DNA of 64,000 nt, taken from NCBI GenBank assembly GCA_963718615.1, contig OY970368.1:5376001-5440000 (forward strand), in the 5' to 3' direction. The notes under the pieces are model-generated. The model saw only the letters and a program-made list of their open reading frames with translations. It did no database searches and was not told the origin of the DNA. Made by a program: the position numbers and the translations under genes. Position 1 is the first letter of the stretch. Each line of letters opens with the position of its first letter. Shown one piece after another: positions 21,213-29,721 of the stretch. This DNA is from an uncultured cyanobacterium (lineage in GTDB: Bacteria; Cyanobacteriota; Cyanobacteriia; PCC-9006; JAAUQQ01).

Positions 21213-21282
21213 CTGATTACTCAAAACCTCTTCATTCAAGCAGTCTCATCAAAGTCAGCTCATACCAACCCTGCCACAGGCC

Positions 21283-21657
21283 CTAACCTGGTTTTTGTTG
21301 CCGCAGCTTTTTGAGCGTCCTCACCAGTTGATCCTGATAGGAGGGCTTATTCACATAGGCATCTGCCCCCAGCTTCATCCCCCAATAGTGATCCACTGGA
21401 GTTGTTTTGCTAGAGCACATCACCACAGGAATATGCCGCGTTTGAGGATTGCTTTTCAGCTGGCGACAGACCTCAAAGCCGTTCATTTGCGGCATCAGCA
21501 CATCGAGCACAATCAGATCGGGTAGGTTATCCCGCAGTTGTTCTAGGGCATCTTGACCATTGCTTGCCATCCAGACCGCAAATTTATTGCGATTGAGTAG
21601 GTTTGCGATCATCTGCCGCTGACTGCGATTGTCATCAACAACGAGCACCGTATCCAT
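21283..21657 (-). CDS. Single-domain response regulator (PilH/CheY-like)
   Basis: VLVVDD, VLDVLMP, YWGMKLGADAYVNKP. Confidence 0.9.
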   Translation of the reverse strand: MDTVLVVDDNRSQRQMIANLLNRNKFAVWMASNGQDALEQLRDNLPDLIVLDVLMPQMNGFEVCRQLKSNPQTRHIPVVMCSSKTTPVDHYWGMKLGADAYVNKPSYQDQLVRTLKKLRQQKPG

Positions 21658-21894
21658 TTCCGATATGTCTCCCTTGAGCGATGGGCTGGCAGAACGGTAT
21701 GACCTGATAGCTTTATCCTAAACAGCCCCAGCCCAACTGCCATGAGTCTGCGCTCCCGAGTTCACCTAGGACCCTGATCCCATGCAAGATATTTTTATTA
21801 CATCATCCCACCCCCCATCACTACGGAAATCACCCCACCCTAGCTGTAGCAATCCTTCAGGGGAATAGTAGGGTCCTGACAGCTCCGATTGCTT

Positions 21895-22545
21895 ATGATT
21901 CGTGTTTTATTGGTTGACGATCAGCGCCTGATTCGCCAAGGACTCAGAGTTTTCTTAGAAAATGCTCCCGATCTAGAAATTATCGGGGAAGCGGACAATG
22001 GCCAGGATGCTATCCATCTCGTGGAACGCCTAGCGCCCCAGGTGGTGCTCATGGATGTGCGGATGCCGATTTTGGATGGCGTTGCGGCGACGGAGGTGAT
22101 TGTTCAACGCTTTCCGGCGGTGAAAGTTTTGGTCCTGACCAGCGATGAGGGCGACGACTACGTGGCTAAGGCCCTAGGTTGTGGGGCGGCGGGCTACCTG
22201 TTCAAAGATACGCCACCGGAGGAACTGATCCAGGCGATCGCCCTCGTCCACAAAGGCTATACTCACCTCGGTCCCGGTGTGGGCCAAAAGCTCGCGGCCC
22301 AGCTTGCGGCCCAGCGAGCCGCCCAGACCACAACTCCCCCCGCCGATTGGGCTAAGGCTTGGGAAGCACTGACCCCTCGGGAGCAGGAAATTGCCAAACT
22401 CATCGGCTCAGGGCTGAATAATGACGAAATTGCCGAAACGCTCTGCATTTCTCGCAGTACAGTCAAAAACCACATCACCAAGATTTTGCAGCGGCTGAAT
22501 CTGCGCGATCGCACCCAGGTTGCCATCCTCGCCAATGCGGTCTAG
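21895..22545 (+). CDS. NarL/LuxR family response regulator
   Basis: REC (LLVDDQ, LMDVRMP) plus LTPREQEI...TVKNHITKI HTH. Confidence 0.93.
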   Translation: MIRVLLVDDQRLIRQGLRVFLENAPDLEIIGEADNGQDAIHLVERLAPQVVLMDVRMPILDGVAATEVIVQRFPAVKVLVLTSDEGDDYVAKALGCGAAGYLFKDTPPEELIQAIALVHKGYTHLGPGVGQKLAAQLAAQRAAQTTTPPADWAKAWEALTPREQEIAKLIGSGLNNDEIAETLCISRSTVKNHITKILQRLNLRDRTQVAILANAV

Positions 22546-22805
22546 GGGCTCGACTTCGGCCTGGGTCCTAGCCTTAAAATTAGCCTTAGAAAAAGGATTA
22601 TTTATCAAATTCAAGTCAATCGATTAAAAAAACTAGCGTAAAACCAACGCCATCAGGACCCACCGACGGCACAACCTCCACCGCAAGATGTCAAAATAGG
22701 GCTCGTTCCCCTGGGGAACGGCCCTGGAATTGCCCTGGAATTGCTCTAGGGCTGACCCGTGGCACTTTTTAGCAAAACTTTATTGCGGCGTGATCCAATC
22801 AGACC

Positions 22806-23252
22806 ATGGCCAAAGACCTAATTAAACCGTTTAATGGCGATCCGTTTGTGGGGCATCTCTCGACGCCCATTAGTGATTCTGAGCAGGTCCATCGCTACCT
22901 GAAAAAGCTACCGATCTATCGACCGGGCCTAACACCGCTCCAGCGTGGCCTGGAAATTGGCACTGTCCACGGCTTTTTTTTGATTGGTCCCTTTGCTGAG
23001 CTAGGTCCGCTACGGAATTCGGACTTTGGCAATTTGGCGGCCTTGGGGTCAACGGTGGCCTTGATTTTCATTGCTAAAGCCGGAATGCGCCTCTACGGCC
23101 TAGCGGTTTTTCCGAAGGAGGGAAAGGCTGCGGACGTGCTGCAAACCTATGACGGCTGGAAAGGTCTCGCGCAAGGATTTATGAAAGGCGGTATCTTTGG
23201 TGCCCTTGTGGCCTTTATCCTGCTGGAAATTTTCCGGTTGTTTGGTTTCTAA
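22806..23252 (+). CDS. psaL: Photosystem I subunit XI, divergent copy
   Basis: PFNGDPFVGHLSTPISDS, LPIYRPGL, RGLEIG.HG.FLIGP...LGPLR. Confidence 0.92.
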   Translation: MAKDLIKPFNGDPFVGHLSTPISDSEQVHRYLKKLPIYRPGLTPLQRGLEIGTVHGFFLIGPFAELGPLRNSDFGNLAALGSTVALIFIAKAGMRLYGLAVFPKEGKAADVLQTYDGWKGLAQGFMKGGIFGALVAFILLEIFRLFGF

Positions 23253-23312
23253 TCCGGCTAAAATTGCGGTTCCCCAAACCAACATTCATCCTTACTTTCC
23301 TACTTTTTCAAG

Positions 23313-23354
23313 AACCCAATGAAGACTGACTCTCACTCAACTTCATTGGGTTTT
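23313..23354 (+). terminator. Intrinsic terminator after psaL
   Basis: AACCCAATGAAG...CTTCATTGGGTT followed by TT. Confidence 0.7.
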
Positions 23355-23690
23355 GCTGTACTTTTGTTGCGGCATTGTTCTGAAAAGTAAAGAAAAGCTG
23401 CGGGTGTTTTCGAGAAATTGCGATCGCCGTCAAGAACAGCTTTAGATGCGAAATTGCCCAAAAACGCCGAAATTTGCCAATTTATCGATTGCACAAAACT
23501 TCCACAAACTTCTTAAGCAAATATTAAATTTGTCAAGAATGCTAGTGGCATTCACCTGTAGCCTCCAGGCAATCCGTTATGATGACAGCGTTCAAGGATC
23601 AGTAGCAGAGCAAAGAAGCGATTGGGGTTTTCCTCAACATTTCTTCTCTTTTCGACCTTGTTTCGTTTTGATTTCGGTTTGGAGAGAATC

Positions 23691-23990
23691 GTGACCATTT
23701 ACGTAGGAAACCTGTCCTTTCAGGCAAGCGAAGACGACGTTCGGGAAGTCTTCGGCGAGTACGGCACTATTAGTCGGGTGAGTCTACCGATTGATCGGGA
23801 GACGGGCCGAATGCGGGGCTTTGCCTTCATTGAGATGTCGGATGAAGCCAGCGAAGATAAAGCGATTGGCGAGTTGGATGGTGCAGAGTGGCTTGGACGC
23901 CAACTGCGGGTTAGCAAGGCTCGTCCTCGGGAAAATCGCGGTGGAGCAACCTACAGTCGAGGGGATACCTTTTCTCGCTCCAGCTATTAG
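23691..23990 (+). CDS. RRM RNA-binding protein (Rbp family)
   Basis: IYVGNL (RNP2) and RGFAFIEM (RNP1); GTG start after a GGAGA RBS. Confidence 0.93.
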   Translation: MTIYVGNLSFQASEDDVREVFGEYGTISRVSLPIDRETGRMRGFAFIEMSDEASEDKAIGELDGAEWLGRQLRVSKARPRENRGGATYSRGDTFSRSSY

Positions 23991-24031
23991 AGGGACAGTC
24001 TTTTCCCCAGCTTACAATTGAATCCTTAAGG

Positions 24032-24060
24032 AAAGGGCGTTCTTGTGGGAGCGCCCTTTT
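24032..24060 (+). terminator. Intrinsic terminator after the RRM gene
   Basis: AAAGGGCG...CGCCCTTTT hairpin. Confidence 0.7.
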
Positions 24061-24115
24061 GGTGTCTTGGCCTAAAATCAAGAAGAACTTTTGCCAAGCC
24101 TGCGCCCTGGATTTA

Positions 24116-25642
24116 ATGCCCTTGTCCCGTTTGCTCATCCTTCTCATTGGCCTGGTGATTATTCTGGGCATGGCGCTGTGGCTGGTGGATTCACTCCAGC
24201 GACTCTATTGGCAACTGTCTTATATTTCGCCATTTTTGGCCGGTTTACTGCTGCTGCTGATCATTGGGCTATTTGGTCTGCTGATTTTTGCGTTTCTCTA
24301 CTACGCCAATCTGATTCGGATGCCCCGTCGGATGCAACGGGTACCGCCGGAGGTGCCCAAGGCCAAGGCAGAAGCCGCAGAGAAAAATTTGCAGGCCTTA
24401 CAGCAGCAGGTTTCACAAATTCAAGACGAGGTGACTCGAAAAGCCTTGTTGGAGCGATCGCGCGCCATCGAAGCCAGTCTCCGTCGGGGTGATCTGCAAG
24501 TAGTAGTCTTTGGCACCGGCTCCGCAGGTAAAACCTCTATGGTCAATGCCCTGATTGGTCGCATTGTTGGACGGGTTGGTGCGCCCATGGGAACGACCGA
24601 TACGGGGGCGACCTATCGCCTCCAGTTGCGGGGGATGGAGCGGGATATTTTAATTACCGATACGCCAGGGATTTTGGAGGCGGGAACGGCGGGCGGCGAG
24701 CGGGGGCAACGGGCACGGCAGTTGGCAGTGGATGCGGATTTACTCTTGTTTGTAGCAGATAACGATTTGCGGCGATCGGAATTTGAGGCGTTGCAGACCC
24801 TGGCGCAGATTGGTAAGCGATCGCTCCTCGTTCTCAATAAAGTGGATTTGCTGACGGATGGCGATCGCGAACTCATCCTAGCCACCCTGCGAGAACGGGT
24901 GCGAGGGCTGGTTAATCCAGAAGATGTAGTTGCAATTGCTGCAAACCCTCAGCCAGTCACATTAGAAGATGGCAGCATTGTGACGCCCAGCTCAGACGTG
25001 ATTTCGCTCTTGCGGCGGTTGGCGGCGGTGCTGCGAGCGGAGGGGGAAGATTTAGTTGCTGATAATATTCTGCTTCAGTCTCAGCGCCTGGGCGACGAGG
25101 CGCGGCAATTGCTCGATGCCCAGCGGCGGCGGGAGGCGGAAAAAATTGTCGATCGGTTCCAATGGGTGAGCGCGGGAGTGATTGCCATGACGCCGCTGCC
25201 CGTGGTGGATTTGCTCGGCGCAGCAGCGGTCAATGCCCAAATGGTGGTGGAGATTGGCCGAGTCTACGGTTGCGAGCTCAACATGGAACGAGGCCGAGAA
25301 TTGGCCCTCTCCTTGGCGAAAACTTTAACCAGTTTAGGCATCATTAAAGGCGCAGTTGAACTGTTAACAACGGCACTGGAATTTAACCTTGCCACGATTG
25401 CGGCGAGTCGAGCCATTCAAGGGGTGAGTGCGGCCTATCTAACTCGCATTGCTGGACGTAGTTTTATTGAGTATTTTCGTCATGATCAAGATTGGGGCGA
25501 TGGCGGGATGACGGAGGTGGTGCAACGGCAATTTCAGTTGAATCGTAAGGATGAATTTGTAAGGAGTTTTGTGCAGCAGGCGATCGCTAAAGTCGTTCAA
25601 CCTATCACCAGTGCGCTACGGGAGGAGGAACCGAATCAGTGA
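24116..25642 (+). CDS. Membrane-anchored GTP-binding protein, YcjF/DUF697 family
   Basis: Two N-terminal TMs; GTGSAGKTS (G1), DTPG (G3), NKVD (G4); C-terminal PLPVVDLL...AYLTRIAG. Confidence 0.85.
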   Translation: MPLSRLLILLIGLVIILGMALWLVDSLQRLYWQLSYISPFLAGLLLLLIIGLFGLLIFAFLYYANLIRMPRRMQRVPPEVPKAKAEAAEKNLQALQQQVSQIQDEVTRKALLERSRAIEASLRRGDLQVVVFGTGSAGKTSMVNALIGRIVGRVGAPMGTTDTGATYRLQLRGMERDILITDTPGILEAGTAGGERGQRARQLAVDADLLLFVADNDLRRSEFEALQTLAQIGKRSLLVLNKVDLLTDGDRELILATLRERVRGLVNPEDVVAIAANPQPVTLEDGSIVTPSSDVISLLRRLAAVLRAEGEDLVADNILLQSQRLGDEARQLLDAQRRREAEKIVDRFQWVSAGVIAMTPLPVVDLLGAAAVNAQMVVEIGRVYGCELNMERGRELALSLAKTLTSLGIIKGAVELLTTALEFNLATIAASRAIQGVSAAYLTRIAGRSFIEYFRHDQDWGDGGMTEVVQRQFQLNRKDEFVRSFVQQAIAKVVQPITSALREEEPNQ

Positions 25643-25703
25643 GCTAAAATCGAGGTAAAAATGGTAGAAACTTTACAGTAATTCATTCCAATCTCTTTTT
25701 TCT

Positions 25704-26528
25704 ATGGCTTTGCTTGACGCCCTCCTTGCCCTGGGAGAACCGGAACCTCAGAAGGTTGAAGACTGGCCTGACTATGTTAAACAGTTGGGTTTGAAAGAGA
25801 AGGATATTGAAGACCTGATTGCGATCGCCACCCACGAGTCCCTAACCGATGAGGAAGAGACCTGGTTCGCCCCGGTTCATGCTTGGCGAGCCCTCGGGCA
25901 AATGCGGGCAAAAGCTGCGATCGAGCCTCTGATTTCCACCTTTGGCTGGAACATGGATTGGGCCTGGGAAGAACTGCTTGATGTGTATACACTCATGGGA
26001 GCCGAGGCCTTGCCCGTTCTCGCTAAGGCCCTGAAGCCGACGCAGGCTGGGGGGAGCGAGAATTCGATCTCCTTGGCTGAAAGTATGAGCAGAATTGGGA
26101 AGCTATCCGAAGCGGCGCGGACGGAGGCGATCGCGCTGCTGGTGGAGATTTTGGGCGATCGCCAAACCTACGATCGCAAGACGAATGGCGGTATTGTGTT
26201 TGCCCTGTCAGAACTCAAGGCCGTGGAAGCTGAAAAAGTCTTGGAGGAAGCCCATGCAGGGGATCGGGTTGATACGTCCCATTGTGGGAGCTGGGCGGCA
26301 GTGCAGGTCAGTTTGGGGTTGCGCGATCGCAGTGAGTTTTCAGCGGAGGAGCTGAAGCCGCTCTACAAGGATCAGCCGGTGTTGTTTCAAGTATTGCAAA
26401 AGCAACAAAAGTTGAAGCAATCTCCTGAGGCGCTGTTTACTGTGTTGTCCCAGCCGAAGCGGGAGAAGAAGGCGGGGTTTGGGGGTGGAGCTGGGAAGAA
26501 GGGCAAGAAGTCTAAGAAGAAGCGGTGA
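25704..26528 (+). CDS. HEAT-like helical protein (DUF1186-like) with a Lys-rich tail
   Basis: PVHAWRALGQMRA..AIEPL and related helical repeats. Confidence 0.6.
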   Translation: MALLDALLALGEPEPQKVEDWPDYVKQLGLKEKDIEDLIAIATHESLTDEEETWFAPVHAWRALGQMRAKAAIEPLISTFGWNMDWAWEELLDVYTLMGAEALPVLAKALKPTQAGGSENSISLAESMSRIGKLSEAARTEAIALLVEILGDRQTYDRKTNGGIVFALSELKAVEAEKVLEEAHAGDRVDTSHCGSWAAVQVSLGLRDRSEFSAEELKPLYKDQPVLFQVLQKQQKLKQSPEALFTVLSQPKREKKAGFGGGAGKKGKKSKKKR

Positions 26529-26614
26529 GGGCTCTGATTCTTGCAAAATAAAAAGCAGTGGCCGGTTCTCTGTTGATTTTGTCACAATGGTCTCAGTCGT
26601 TTGCTCTAGAGCCC

Positions 26615-27052
26615 ATGCCCTGTGCTGTGATTTTGACTGCGCTCTCGGTTGAGTATTTGGCGGTGCGTGCCCATTTGACGGATCCCCTGGAGGAGGTGCA
26701 TCTCCAGGGGACGATTTATGAGCGGGGGCAGTTTGTGGGCGAGGGCCAATCCTGGGAGGTGGGGTTGGTGGAGATTGGGGCGGGAAATCCGGGGGCGGCG
26801 TTGGAGGCGGAGCGGGCCATTGCTTATTTCAAGCCGGATGTCATTTTGTTTGTGGGGGTAGCGGGTGGCCTGAAGGATGTGGCGCTGGGGGATGTGGTGG
26901 CGTCTACGAAGGTGTATGGCTATGAGTCGGGGAAGGCGGAGGTGGGGTTTAGGCCGAGGCCGGAGATTGGGCTTGCGGCCTATGGGTTGGAGCAGCGGGC
27001 GCGGGCGGAGGCGCGGAAGGGGGATTGGCTGAGACGGTTGGAGAGGGGCTGA
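26615..27052 (+). pseudogene. Truncated MTA/SAH nucleosidase (PNP_UDP family), N-terminal half
   Basis: [36 protein letters not shown]; stops after about 145 aa, before the EME and R..SD catalytic motifs. Confidence 0.75.
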
Positions 27053-27090
27053 GATAAAAACAGAAAAGAAAATGGATTTAGCCCGAAAAA

Positions 27091-27186
27091 TATAGCAGTT
27101 TTCAATCGCATGAGGTACAGCGAAAGCTTCTCTGACAAAGGATTACAACCACTCGCCCATACCTCACGACAGCCGTTACCGCTATA
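27091..27186. mobile_element. Probable MITE with imperfect terminal inverted repeats and TA ends
   Basis: Left end TATAGCAGTTTTCAATCGCATGAGGTAC versus reverse complement of the right end TATAGCGGTAACGGCTGTCGTGAGGTAT; 96 bp, non-coding. Confidence 0.55.
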
Positions 27187-27218
27187 ATCTGATAGGAAAA
27201 AATCAGGGAGGGAGATAT

Positions 27219-28274
27219 ATGGATAATTTACTAATAGACTTTGCGATCATTACTGCAATCAAAGTTGAGCGATTAGCGATTTTAAAAGCTTTTGGTATCA
27301 CTGATGACGATCGCATTCACAAAGACTCTCGCACATATTGGCGCAAACGCTTACTCCTCAACAATGGGAGTTTCTACGAAGTTGTGGTGGCCCAATCGCT
27401 CGATATGGCAAACGTGAATTCTGCTATCGTCACGAACGATATGCTACATCACTGGAAGCCTGCCGCTGTGATTATGGTTGGTATTGCGGCAGCGGCTAAA
27501 TCAGAGCCAAAACAATCTCTTGGAAACTTGGTTGTTGCCAAAGAAGTTTATTACTACGAGATGGGTAAAATAACTACCATTGGCAAGCTTCCTGAGCCTA
27601 AGCAAGTTCCAGTTGATGCCACTCTTCTCGATCGCGTGCAGGCATTGCCCGAACTCGATTTTCCAATCCTTGCTGAGCGGCCAGACGGCACTAGCGCTCG
27701 ACCCGAAGTTGAAGTAGGTGTAATTGCTTCAGGTGACAAGGTAATTTCAGATGCCTCTAAACGAGATGCGATCGCTGCTACAAATCGTAAGATTCTGGCA
27801 ATTGAAATGGAGGGGTACGGGGTTATTTCTGCTGCATGGCAGAGCTTTCATCAAGTTCGTTGTTTAGTAATTCGTTCCCTCTGCGACTATGCCGACGCGA
27901 ACAAACATGACCAATGGCACGCCTACGCTGCTGCTGTCGTTGCTGGTTTTACCAAACATTTCTTGTTGGATAAGCCCTTGTCTCCTAGAAATTCGACTAA
28001 AGCGTTAGCAAAACGTCAGTCTGAGGAATCAGAATTAGAGATTACTGGACAAGACTCTAAGCAAAATGCGCTTGATTTGTTAAATAGCCTGATACGATCT
28101 CAATTTGATGCAGTTGTTTTTAGATATGGTGCCGATCCAGCCCATCTGTCAAATGGTACGCAAAATCAGCAGGCGATCGACCTGATTCAGTATGCTATCC
28201 AAAAAGAGGGTGCTGATTTATCACGGTTGCTTGCCGTCATCTATACCGTAGCTTCCTATCTGAAGAAAGGTTGA
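27219..28274 (+). CDS. Purine nucleosidase (PNP/MTAN fold) effector with a C-terminal effector-associated-like helical domain
   Basis: AIITAIKVE, IMVGIA, IASGDKV, AIEMEG and IRSLCDYAD..K.D.W..YAA all intact; extra domain of about 70 aa from about 28062. Confidence 0.88.
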   Translation: MDNLLIDFAIITAIKVERLAILKAFGITDDDRIHKDSRTYWRKRLLLNNGSFYEVVVAQSLDMANVNSAIVTNDMLHHWKPAAVIMVGIAAAAKSEPKQSLGNLVVAKEVYYYEMGKITTIGKLPEPKQVPVDATLLDRVQALPELDFPILAERPDGTSARPEVEVGVIASGDKVISDASKRDAIAATNRKILAIEMEGYGVISAAWQSFHQVRCLVIRSLCDYADANKHDQWHAYAAAVVAGFTKHFLLDKPLSPRNSTKALAKRQSEESELEITGQDSKQNALDLLNSLIRSQFDAVVFRYGADPAHLSNGTQNQQAIDLIQYAIQKEGADLSRLLAVIYTVASYLKKG

Positions 28275-28275
28275 A

Positions 28276-29721
28276 ATGCTAGATCGCAATCGTTTATTGA
28301 CGCAACTGAATAAATTATCGGATAGCCAATGGGAGGAGTTGATTTTCCGACTGGAAGTAGATGAAGCTCATCTGCGGATGAGAGGTACCACCAAAAGCCA
28401 GCAGAATATAGATCTTATTCGCTCACTGGAACAGCAAGACTATGGCCTGCAACGCCTTCAGGATACGCTTCAGAATCTCGCCTTTTTCAAGTTGTTTAGT
28501 CCCCAAGGGACCTATCCGGTTGGAGAAGAACTGCGGCAGCGCGAGGAAGCCCGAGAACAGGAAGACACGCAGGCAGCGCTCGCTCGCGGAGATGACCCGG
28601 AGCTCTACAAGATTACGCCAGAAAAGTTTTACTCCTTCCAGCGGGGAACCGAATGGCTAGGCGTTTTTCGTGGCTGGGATGCACCTCGAAGTTTCCGTAC
28701 GGCTTTGTTGGAAACCACGATTCGCAACAGCCGTAATCGTCGCAACTGTCTTGCTAGCGCCATCATTGGGCATGGTGGTTCAGGAAAATCGGTTGCTTTG
28801 CATCGTCTTGCACTGGATTTGGTAGAGCAAGGCTATAAAGTTTGGTGGGTCGAGCATCTAGAGGGATTGGTTCAATCTGGGCTAGATGACTTTTATAAGG
28901 GTGAAGGGCAGCCACAATTTTTGTTAATTGACGAGATTCAAGACCAAGAAGCACGCTATGTTGAGCGCTTGCAGCGCCACTTAAAACAATGTCCTTTTCT
29001 TGTGCTGGTGGTTGCTGGACGAAGTTTGCCGAATGCCTTACGCCTAGAAGCTAAAGATCAGTTCACGCCGGATGAAACTAGCGATCGCATTACCATTCTA
29101 GACAAAATTTCTGAAGTGTTGCCTGCCTGGGCAGCCACCGCGTCCCAACTTAAAACAGAATCTTTACAAAAAGCACGACTGGTTCGGATTCTGGTCGTTT
29201 TAGCACGTCGGCAAGATCCTGTACCCCAGACCTTGGAAGAGCTTGAGGAGGTATTTTTACGGATTTTGGTCGATGATTTGGAAAGAATTCAAGAACAAAA
29301 GTTTCCGGGTCTTGCTACCGCTGTAATAGATGCGGCTATTGTTCGAGAAGTTGGCATGGTAAGTTTAGCCCCTGCCGTCTTGATAGCGCTTGCCAACTAT
29401 CATCAGCCTCATGCTAATATCTCAGTCTTATTTGAGCAGATTGAGAACAATCCCCGCTGGCATCTACTGGCTCCCTTCTTGTCGCTTTCTCCAGCTCATA
29501 ATTATCTTCTATTTCATCACGATGAACTGGCGGAAGGGGTAATCCAAGCCAGTCAAGAAGAACGACTTGAAACCTATGTTGATGACGCCTACAGAAGAGC
29601 CGTTCTAGAAAATTTTATTCATCTGACAATAACTCTAGAGAAAAACATAGAAGTCCAGAAAGAAGTCTCTAAGGCTGCTTCCAATTTTCTACTGCTTTAC
29701 TTTTATAAGTACAAGGATTGA
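28276..29721 (+). CDS. STAND-like P-loop NTPase with an N-terminal effector-associated-like domain (N-part of an interrupted gene of about 1069 codons)
   Basis: GHGGSGKS Walker A, FLLIDEIQD Walker B, HHDELAE; N-terminus homologous to the upstream gene's C-terminus; ends at an in-frame TGA. Confidence 0.8.
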   Translation: MLDRNRLLTQLNKLSDSQWEELIFRLEVDEAHLRMRGTTKSQQNIDLIRSLEQQDYGLQRLQDTLQNLAFFKLFSPQGTYPVGEELRQREEAREQEDTQAALARGDDPELYKITPEKFYSFQRGTEWLGVFRGWDAPRSFRTALLETTIRNSRNRRNCLASAIIGHGGSGKSVALHRLALDLVEQGYKVWWVEHLEGLVQSGLDDFYKGEGQPQFLLIDEIQDQEARYVERLQRHLKQCPFLVLVVAGRSLPNALRLEAKDQFTPDETSDRITILDKISEVLPAWAATASQLKTESLQKARLVRILVVLARRQDPVPQTLEELEEVFLRILVDDLERIQEQKFPGLATAVIDAAIVREVGMVSLAPAVLIALANYHQPHANISVLFEQIENNPRWHLLAPFLSLSPAHNYLLFHHDELAEGVIQASQEERLETYVDDAYRRAVLENFIHLTITLEKNIEVQKEVSKAASNFLLLYFYKYKD

